From IMG/VR virus record IMGVR_UViG_3300047510_001751, positions 96,001 to 160,000 of that record: DNA of 64,000 nt. The stretch is one strand, 5' to 3'. The notes below the pieces were generated by a model. The model was not told where the DNA came from, did not search any database, and worked only from the letters and a program-made list of their open reading frames with translations. Of the stretch, positions 8,752-19,300 are shown piece by piece. The stretch's first letter is position 1, and each line of letters begins with the position of its first letter. Origin of the DNA: a virus. Made by a program: the position numbers and the translations under genes.

Positions 8752-10332
8752 TTAGGTTGTCCCAGAAACAGTTCCTGTGTATGAATATGTATATGCTTGA
8801 TTTGCTCTGACTGCTCTTCCAGCAGCTCCCCCTGTTCCTCCACCTGCTGCACCCCAATCACCTCCAGACGCTCCTGGATTTCCAGCACCACCAGTATTTC
8901 CTGTTGCTCCAGTATTTCCTCGTGCTCCAGAATTTCCTGAAGCACCTCTACTTCCTGCATTTCCTGCCGCTCCAGCAGCACCATTGTTTCCAGGATTACC
9001 GTTATTCCCTCTTCCTCCAGCATTACCAGTGGCTCTTACCGTTTCTGAACTATTCGAACAGTTAGTGTTCCTCCGACTAGTTACTTGTCTTGTCCAAGAA
9101 CCAGGAGCTGTATTTGTTCTTCCAGCGTTACCAGGCGCACCAGCACCACCAGCACCAGCACCAGATCCAGCAGTTCCAGCAATACCTGCGCTTCTTGTCC
9201 ATGTTGTTGGTGAGGCAAGACCAGCGTTTCCTGGAGTGCCAGCAGTGCCAGCAGAACCAGTGCTGCCAGATAACCCAGCATTACCTGTTATTGGTCCTGT
9301 TAAATTATTATATCCTCTTCCAGCGCCTCCAGTTCCACCAGCACCGCCTGCTCCACCAGCACCGCCTGCTCCACCAGCGCCACCAGTTCCACCAGCGCCA
9401 CCTGGACCACCTAATCCATTTTGACCAGGATTTCCTGAATTACCTGGATTACCTCTAGCACCACCAGCACCACCAGTACCAGCTCCACCTGTTGTAGATC
9501 TAGAACCAGAATTAACAGGTCCACCAAGACGCCTGTTACACTGGGTGGGGAAACTAAAGGGAGACCATCTTTGTGTTGTTCTGTCTGGTCTTGTTACTGT
9601 AACATTATTTCCATTTGCTCCAGTATTTCCAGGATTTCCAAATGCTCCAGCCGTTCCAGCAGTTGCTCCATTACCAGCAGCTCCAGTATTTCCAGTATTT
9701 CCATTGGCTCCAGTATTTCCTGCTGCTCCAGTATTGCCAGGAGTGCCACTATTACCCCCTGTACCACCACCACCACCGCCTCTAATGGAACCAGTAGAAC
9801 CACTTACTGTGTAACCAACTACCGAAATCAGAACAGCATCTCCTCCAGGATTTCCTGCTACTCCAGCAGCACCTCCTGTACCTCCCCCACCATAAATGTT
9901 TCCGCCAGAAACTTGAATATTTACATTTCCAGCAACAGTTCCCGTACCAGATGATAGTGCTGTATTTCCAGCTGAAGTAGCTCCAACTGTACCTGTAATT
10001 ACCACACGTTTAGGAATTACTTTATTGTAGTTACTATTCCATTGAGTTAATGTAGAAATAGTAACATTTGTATCAGTTCCAGATTGTGTTACTACAGATT
10101 CTTTTATTGTATTTCTGTATTTACTAGCAGATATTAGAGCATTGGTTGTAGGAACGGCAGCATTTTCAGTAGCATCATAAATGTATGGTGCTACTGTAGT
10201 ATTAGTTGTTTTTCTTTTTAATTCACTATATGAAATTGAACCTGATGTTGTTCCTTTGTAAGTGTTTCTTAAAGCACTTAAGGAAATAGCACCAGATCCA
10301 AAATTAGTTGTGGTACTGGACGTAATAGCCAT
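8752..10332 (-). CDS. gp38-like glycine-rich tail-fibre tip adhesin with collagen-like G-X-Y / GGX runs
   Basis: Follows an S74-bearing fibre. N-terminal GSGAISLSAL; GNIYGGGGTGG..GGDA..IRGGGGGG and C-terminal GGAAGRAV resemble T-even gp38 glycine motifs; long G-X-Y tracts. Confidence 0.75.
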   Translation of the reverse strand: MAITSSTTTNFGSGAISLSALRNTYKGTTSGSISYSELKRKTTNTTVAPYIYDATENAAVPTTNALISASKYRNTIKESVVTQSGTDTNVTISTLTQWNSNYNKVIPKRVVITGTVGATSAGNTALSSGTGTVAGNVNIQVSGGNIYGGGGTGGAAGVAGNPGGDAVLISVVGYTVSGSTGSIRGGGGGGTGGNSGTPGNTGAAGNTGANGNTGNTGAAGNGATAGTAGAFGNPGNTGANGNNVTVTRPDRTTQRWSPFSFPTQCNRRLGGPVNSGSRSTTGGAGTGGAGGARGNPGNSGNPGQNGLGGPGGAGGTGGAGGAGGAGGAGGAGGTGGAGRGYNNLTGPITGNAGLSGSTGSAGTAGTPGNAGLASPTTWTRSAGIAGTAGSGAGAGGAGAPGNAGRTNTAPGSWTRQVTSRRNTNCSNSSETVRATGNAGGRGNNGNPGNNGAAGAAGNAGSRGASGNSGARGNTGATGNTGGAGNPGASGGDWGAAGGGTGGAAGRAVRANQAYTYSYTGTVSGTT

Positions 10333-10333
10333 A

Positions 10334-13300
10334 TTACTTATTCTTTAATGACTGTACTTCTTCTTTGAGTTCTTTAATAGCTTCAATTAGTAGTGGAACT
10401 AATCTTTCATACTGAACGGCAAGATAACCATTATCTCTTTCAATTACTGCTTCTGGGAGAACTTCTTTGATCTCTTGAGCAATAACACCAGCTTCACGCT
10501 TAGTTGTATCCTTGCCTTCCGCTAATTCATTCCAATTATATTTAACACCAGAAATCTGTGTTACTTTATCTAGAGCATTATCAATCGTTTCGATATTTGT
10601 CTTTAATCTTCTGTCAGATGAAGCAAACGCTGTAATATCACCTGTACAAGACAAATCACCTGTATTGCTAATCCAAGCTACGTCAGAACTACCTCTACGG
10701 AATCTTACAACTTCAGTTGAACTTGCTCCAGCATTAATATACCATCTGTTTGAATGGTACTCAAGCTTACCTTCGCTAGCACCAGCATCGCCAGTCCAAG
10801 TAGCAACGTTATCTTGACGGAAAGAGCTAGCTCCTCCTAGACGAAGAACACTGTTAGTTCCGCTAGTAAATGTGAATTGAGCACTACCAGCAAGAGCACC
10901 ATTGTTATTATATTGAACCTGAGTATTAGATCCACCAATATCAAATGTTGCCCATTCAATACCAGAAGCAGTTGATTTAATAAATTTACCAGCTCCACTA
11001 TTAGCTAAGAAAATAGTTGCTCCGTCTCCAGATTGATAAGGAACACTGCCAGCAGCACCGCCAGCAAGATTAGTGGCGGTTGTTGCTGTTGTAGCGTTAC
11101 CACTCAAGGCAGCAGTAATAGTACCAGCAGAGAAGTTACCCGAAGCATCTCTGGCAACAAGATTTGTATTACCAGAGGTTGAAGCAGTAACATTAATTGT
11201 TCTTGCTGTGCCACCATTAAATGTAGTGCCAGCGTCATAAGTTAGATATGTTCCAAGTGATAAAGCAGCAGCAGTTGAAGCAGTGATTGTAATGTTAGCA
11301 CTGCCATTAAAGGATACTCCGTTTATTGTTCTGGCAGTTTGTAGTGTCGTGGCAGTAGAAGCGTTACCACTTAAGGTGGCAGTGATAGTACCAGCAGCAA
11401 AGTTGCCAGAACCATCTCTCTTAACCAGCGTGTTATTCGTATTTAATGAAGAAACTGGGTTATTGCCTGTGTGTAAAATAGTGTACTTAGTTGAAGTACC
11501 AACGGACCATCCACCCCAGAATAAATCGTTAGTAGCACCATCAAGACCAAAGTAACCAGCGTAATCTCCAGATACGTGGAACGTTAAGAAAGCATCTCTT
11601 CCAGCAGTATCATTGAAAATAGTTAATGTTTTATTACCAGAACCAGAACCTTGATCACCAGAAGTAGTGTTAATAAGTACTTGATTGCCAGCCAAGAAAG
11701 TTAAACTTCCTGACATAGTATCACCAGACTTCAATACGTTTAGAGAAGCAGCTCCAGTCAAGGAAGCGGTAATTGTCCCAGCAGCAAAGTTACCAGAACC
11801 ATCTCTTTGAACAGCAGTGCTAGCATTGTTTAATGAGGAGAACGTAATATTACCAGCATTCCAAATTACGTTGCTGTTTAATGTAAGAGCATTAGCGTTT
11901 CCTGCTAAAATATTTAATGATCCACTACCATTGGCTGAGTTTCCGCCAGAAACAGCAAGACGTACATTATAAAGACCAGCAGGAGAACTACTAGATCTAA
12001 AATCAATTACTGGAACAGAAGCAGTTCCATCAGTTCTTCCAAGTGATAATCTAGCAGTGCCAGAAACAGATTCTAGTTTAGCAACATCAAATGTTCCAGC
12101 AAAATCACTGATATTGTAATCATTAATAATTTCATTTGTTTGTGTATTACCAATTCGGAAAGCAGCAGCAATATTACCAGATAATAATCTACCAGTTAAG
12201 ATAGTATAATCTAGAGTGTCATCAATATTATTTGAAGTTGATACATTAAGAAGTTCAAAATCACCAACTTTAATACCAATCGAATCAAATAAATCAATCG
12301 TTAATCCAGATACAAATGGTGCTTCCGAAAGAATCTTACCAGAAATATAAACATCAAAGAATGTTTGAGCAACATAAGATTTTACAGTTAATGAATTATC
12401 AACTGATGTAGATCCCAAGAAAGAAGAAATGTGGGAAGGACCAATGATACCAGAATTAATATTATAAGCATTTTGATAGAAAGTACCTTGTCTGCCATCA
12501 AGTAGGTCGGCATCCATTCCAGTGCCAACACCATCATTAATAGAAGTCCAAACTTTAGCCCAGGTGCTGAATGAAGCAACACCAGAACCAGAACCACGAA
12601 TCCATAGGTTATTGTTATCAGTGAAAGCTAATTGCCTTACGCCACCACCAGAGGCATCAGAACCAGTACCAAATTGACGGAATGTAATTACACCGTGTCT
12701 TGTACCACCATCGGCAAGACCGTCAGCAGTATTGTTTCTCGTATCAGCAATAACACCTTCATTGAAAGTTGATGGAGATGGCGATGAAGATGGGTTATTA
12801 ACGCTTGTTGTTAATCTGAGAGTATTAGCTGATTGACCAGAGATATCAATGCCATACAAACCACTACCTAGTTTATCTGGGCTAATAGAAAGATTAACTA
12901 AATTCTGACCATCTCTATAATATAAACCTTGTTGACCATCGAGTAAGTCGGCATCAAGACCAGAACCAGTACCAGTTTTAAGTTCTACTGAACCATCACC
13001 TGAATCTCCAATGTTAAATTGTGACTTTTTAAACCTAGCAACGCCAGTGTTGCCATATTCATTAGCTTCAAGAGTTTTAGCATCAACACGCTTAATGTCG
13101 ATACCAACATTAGCAAAGTTTTTAACACTTGTATTTGTTTTTGCTTCAAGAACAGCATTAGCACCCAAACCAATTTGAACTGGCATTTGAGTGATAGAGA
13201 AATCTGATGAATAAGCACTACCTCCACTAGTTACTAGTACAGTTGTGATGCTACCACCTTCAATGGTAAAGTTAGCTTTTAAACCACTTCCTGTACCACC

Positions 13301-16300
13301 AGAAACTGCTAGATCAAAATATTGTCCATCAGTAAATCCAGTACCACCAGAAGCGACTAAAATTTTATCTACAAAATTACTTAAAGTAAGTGTAGCATCT
13401 AGTAGAACAGGAGATTCTGGTCTACTAAATTCAATAATGGTATTTTGTGTAATAAGTTGGGTTACTGATGTTGAAAGAGTAACAGTAGTAAATGAAACGT
13501 TATTAACTACTGTTACAAATGTATTTGCTACAGTAGTTCCTGTTGGAACACCTGGAGCTATTACCAAATGACCAATTAAAATTTGGTTATTTAATTTAAA
13601 TTGTAATGTATTTTGATTTGCTGCTGTTTGATCAGTAGTAAAATCAAAATATCTTTCTTCTGCTGGTTTGATTGATTGTACTGCTAAAGCATAAGAAGAG
13701 TCACCTCTCAAGAATGAGAAGGAGTTAGCTTCTCCAGCATTACCAGCAAGTCTGGAAGATGAAATAATACCAGAAGTAATATCTTGTGCTGAAATTGAAG
13801 AAGTGGAAAGTGATACCCAGTTACTTGGATTAGATCCAGAAGTATTAACTGTTCTTATTACAGGTACAGTAACTGGAGAAACGTTAGTAGATTGAATTGT
13901 GTCAGTATCAGCAATCTTGATGTTGTTTACAATATCAATATAAACTCTAGATTCAATTAAACCATTTGCTTCTGCTTGTACACCGCCCACTCCAGGGGCA
14001 GAGAACGAAATTGATGGAGGTGAAGTATAACCAAATCCGCCTTTGTAACCATTATAATCTACGATAGTTACTGTAACTACTCTTCCATTAACGACAGTAC
14101 ACGAAGCTTGGGCTGATACTCCTCCTGGTTGATCTGGAGCACTAATAGAAACTGAAGGAGGATTTAAATCGTCATAACCATTACCTTGGTTAGAAATACT
14201 AATTCTATAAAGAACACCTTGACGATATTCTGTAACTTCTCCTTGGCCAGTAGAAAGGCTGCCAGTAATAAACGCCCCAGTAGCAAACTCTAAGTCAGTA
14301 TTTACTGAAATACCAATAAACTGACTTTCTAAATCATTATTTAAAATATATGATGTGGTTGTTCCAAGTTCAATAGCAATGTCACCAGCAAGTGGACCTT
14401 CTAAAGCAAGTCTTTCTGCTGTAGTTTGAATCGTAAATACGTTGAATGGTCTTAGAGCTGGAATTTGATCTAGAGAAATCTTACCAGAATCAGTAAGTTC
14501 TACAAGGTTTCTTGGAACGGCGTTGGTTGAATATGGTTTGTTGAGGTATTGACCTAGGTTATTTGAAATGTAATCTTTAACAGCTTTCTGTGTTGGAATT
14601 TTACTATCAGAAGAGAAATTACCACCAAGAGTGTTAGAAGCATCGAAACCAGTAACAACAACGTCACCTCCTTTTAGCTTAAGAAACTCAACTTCCGAGA
14701 TCGAAACCGTACCAGTGAAGGTAATGTTACCAGTTCTGTTCTCAATCTTAGCAAAGTAACCTACTTTAAAGTCACCAAGTTCATCCGTACCAGAAGTATA
14801 AACACGACCGTAAGCTTGAGATACTTGCTCAAATGCTTCATTTTTAACGCCACCATTTTCTGGGAGTGCTCTATAGTCGTTACCAGCACCAGCATATTCC
14901 CAAGTGTGGGAAGATGAGTTAACAATTGATGGTCTGTGTAAACGAATTTGCTTGCCAACTAGTTCAGCATTACCAACTGTAATTGCTTGACCATTACTCT
15001 TTCTTTGGAGAAGCATTGCTTCATTAATATCAATAGTCGAAGTAAATGGAGGACCAACAGTAGTTAATCTTACGTTATCAACAAAATATTCAATATCAGA
15101 ATCTTGGTTTTCGTAATCAGCAAATTTAACAATATAGTGCTCAAGAGGTTCTCTTCCGAGACCACCAACAGTAAATACAGTTCTACCTGTAGCAGTTGTA
15201 GTTACATTAGTAATTGTACCAATATCAAATGCGTATGGATCTTTTCTGAATCCTCTAGCTCTTAGAGCATATGTACCAAAGTTGGTAGCTGAGTTTGTAA
15301 CAGAAGCATAACCACCAGTATCAGCATAGATTCCATCCTGAGCAAATAGAACGAATACAGAAACTAACTGAACATATCCATCATTTACAATTCTATAACC
15401 AGTACCACCGAAGGAAATAATGGTAAACTGAGCAGCAACCATCGACTTACCCTGATTTGGGAAAGTAGCTTTTGGATCAGCATTTCCAATTGGTGGATTT
15501 AGACCTGGACGTGGGCAGTTTGGTTGACGTATTTTATCTCCGTCAATTTCACAACCACCACCACCAAGGAATGAAATTACAGAGGCGTTTTGAATATATG
15601 GAGATGCCTCAATGAATGGAAGATCCAAGTAAATAGAATCTACGTTAACTCTCTTATTGTCAGCATCATAGATTGTATTTTCTGGGAATACAACTGTTGG
15701 TTCAAATAAAGTACCGAAACTCTTTTCTACTACGCTACCATTAGCAAGAATATCATCTAAAATGCTAAACGCTGTTGTAATAGTAGTAGCAACGTTAGCA
15801 CATGTTGGAGTATTTGTATCAACAATTGTAGTTGAATCAATGAATTGAGGAGCCGTAGCAAATTCTGGAATATAAACAACGCCAGTGCCATCGCCAGTCT
15901 TCCAATTTCTCATAGCAAGGATTGCTAAATCTCTTGCTTTAGTAAATGCTTGTCTAGTTGGTAGTAGTTCACTTTGTGGAATACCAGTTAAGGCATTTCC
16001 AGTGTAATAAGATTCTCCTGAAGTAACAATACCAGCATTACCACCAAGAATTAAATCTCTTCTGAGAGCACCCAGAATAAATCCAATATCTCTACGGCAC
16101 TTAATAGTGGTAGTAGTTAAGAAATCTCCTTCATTAATAGCAGGAAGTGAAGTTAAATTACCAGCAGCAATAGCAGTTGTAGCAATAGCAATAAGAGTAC
16201 CAATGCTATTACGTACATCAATACATGAATCTGGATTATTGTTATTGTTTAGTTCTCCTTCTACCCCATAACCAAATACAGTTGGAAGATATCCAGGATT

Positions 16301-19300
16301 TGGATCACCTGTAATTGTTAAATCTCTTTCATTTAGCTGATTGGTTACAGCTAATCTCATTACATCTCTTGCTTTGTTGAAGGCAGTGATTGACTGTGAA
16401 GTTTCTCCTACCAATCCATTTGAAAGAGGAATTGTATTAGTTAAGAAATATCTCTTGGTTGCTCTAATAGTATTCTTGTTGCCACCATCATATAAGTCAG
16501 AAGCAACAGCGTCAACGATATAACCAATGTCTCTACGGCACTTGCTTTCGCTAGCAAAATAAGTAGTAGCAGTCTCAGCAGGTAGACCAGTTAGATTACC
16601 AGCACTAATTCTATCTGTGATGAGTGTAGTAAAGTTAGTAATTGCTGTCTGAACATCTGAGCAAGCAGCAGGATCTGTATTAGCTACATTTCCACCGCCA
16701 CCACCGTAGGTAGCAGGACCAGTGCTGACTGTAAGATCCTTATAGTATAAACCGTTATAAACGGCAAGCTTCATCATGTCTCTTGCTTTATTGAAAGCAA
16801 CTACAGACTGTGCTTCTTCTCCTAATAAACCGTCAGAAATTGGTGATCCGCTATTAAAATATTGAAGAACAAAATTTCTCGAATACTTGTTGCTTCCAGA
16901 GAAAAGATCTAGAGCAATAGCATCAACAAAGTATCCAATATCTCTACGGCACTTGAGATTACCACTTGCTTTTCTCACAGCAGGAAGACCTGATGTATTG
17001 CCAGTTTGAAGTGTAGTTGTGAGAATAGAGACAAGGTTGCTAACAGCAGTTCTAACGTTAGCACATGAAGATTCGCTAATGTTAGATAGTGTATCTGGAT
17101 CTGCTGTAATAGTTGTATCCTTAACATATAGCTGATTTGTTAAGGCTTTGTTCATCCAATCTCTTGCTTTGTTGAAGGCAACAATAGACTGTGATACTTC
17201 ACCATCCAATCCATTTGTTAATAGAGTGGTAGCATTTTCAAAATATCTGAGGGTATAATCAATAATTCTTGAGTTACCGCCTGTTTGAATATCATAGGCA
17301 ACAGCATCTACGATGTAACCGATATCTCTACGACACTTAGCTTCTCCAGCAGGAGTTACGCTAGCACCTGTAGTAGTTGGTGGAAGAACATTAGCACCAT
17401 TAATATTGCCAGCAAGTAATCTTGTTTGAGCAATAGTTGCTAGTGTTTCTACGGCAGTTTGTACATCAATACAAGCAGCGGCATTTCCTGATTCTAGAAC
17501 AGCAATATCTGGACCTGGAACACCATAAGAAGCAGGACCAGCAGTTATAGTAAGATCCTTTATATAAAGCTGATTACTTACAGCTTTCTTCATCATTTCT
17601 ACTGCCATAGTAAAAGCAGTATCAGCTTCTGATTCTTCTCCAGATAATCCGTTGGCAATTTTAATACCAGTTTCTGGATCAAAGTATAATTTAGTAAATC
17701 CTAAAGTAAATTGGTTGCCACCATCATAAATGTCTAGAGCAATAGCATCAACAAAGTAACCAATATCACGCTTACACTTAGCTTCGCCAGCAGTTACGAA
17801 AGAATCTCCAGTAGTTGGTGTTGGTAGAGCATTAGCGCCATTAATATTACCAGCAGTAATTCTGTCGGTGATTAATGTGGTGAGTGTTTGTAGTGCTGAT
17901 TGAACGTCAGAACAAGCTGTTGGGTCGGTATTAGAAACTGATCCGCCACCACCACCATAATTAGTAGGACCAGCAGTTACACTAAGATCTATGTAAGCTA
18001 ACTGATTAGTTACAGCTAAAGCACACTGCTCTCTCGCTTCATTAAAAGCAAATACTGATTGAGCAGTTTCTCCTACTAAACCATTAGAAATAGCTAAACC
18101 ACTTCCATCAAAATAAAGTTTTGTGAAAGCAATTGAATACTGGTTTCCTCCAGTTGCCATGTCAAGAGAAATGGCGTCAACAAAGTAACCAATATCACGC
18201 TTACATCTAGCGTCGTCATTACCAGGCACAGTAAATCCTGGGTATTGTGTTTGCATTGAAGCAAAAGCATTATCAATAATTAATGTTCTGTTCTTCTGAA
18301 TTAAACGATAACCATCTTTAAATCTAGATCTAGCGTTAGTTTGAGCATCACCAGGATAGTAAAAATCTGGATAATCTACAGCAATTTGTGCTGCTGCTCT
18401 ATCAATAATTTCTTGACGATTCTGTTGAATTAATCTGTAACCATCCTTAAATCTTGATCTAGCAGTAGTTTGAGGATCATTTGGATAGTAGAAATCAGGG
18501 AATTGAATAGCAATCTCAGCAGCAGCTCTTACCTTAATTTCTTCTTTGTTTGCTTTGATTAAATTGGCAGCATCATAGTATCTGCTCTGGTAATCTCTGT
18601 TTATATTTGGAAGACCAATTAGGTTTCCAGCAGTTAATCTTGTAGTAATAATTGCTGTTAGGTTAGCAATGTATGTTTGTACATCAGAACAAGCAGTTGG
18701 ATCTGTGTTAGGTACTGTAGTGCCACCAGAAGCATAGATAGCAGAACCAGCAGTTACACTCGTATCAGTTACACCAAGCTGGTTAGCAACTGCTTTCTTC
18801 ATCTCATCTCTTGCTGAATTAAAAGCAAGAACAGATTGTGGAATTTCACCAGCTAATCCATTAGTAGTCAAACTACCAGCATTATCAAAATATTGCTTTA
18901 AGAAAGCAATAGAATTTGAATTGCCTCCTAAGAATACATCAAGAGATACAGCATCAATAAAGTAGCCAATATCACGCTTACACTTAGTACCATCTGGATC
19001 GGCAGGAATAGAGCCACCAGAAGAAGTATAAGCAGTGTCAATGATAGCAGTTTTATTTTGCTGAATTAAACGATAAGCATCAGCATAACGGGAACGCTCG
19101 TTAGTTTGTAGATCACCTGGATAATAGAAATCTGGATATTGTACAGCAATTTCAGCAGCAGCTGTATCAACAATAGTTTCCTTATTCTTTTGAATTAAAC
19201 GATAAGCATCATTGTATCTGCTTTGAGCATTAGTCTGAGTATCACCAGGATAGTAAAAATCTGGATGCTCAACGGCAACTTCTGCTAAAGCACGGTCAAG

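Noticed and set aside
8745-9954. Several Pro/Ala-, Gln/His- or Ser-rich ORFs overlapping the adhesin
   Set aside because: Alternative-frame and antisense shadows of the G-X-Y repeat DNA.
8752-10332. Calling the adhesin a true triple-helical collagen
   Set aside because: The runs are interrupted, include GGX tracts and sit in a gp38-like frame, so a polyglycine-II sandwich is at least as plausible; left open.
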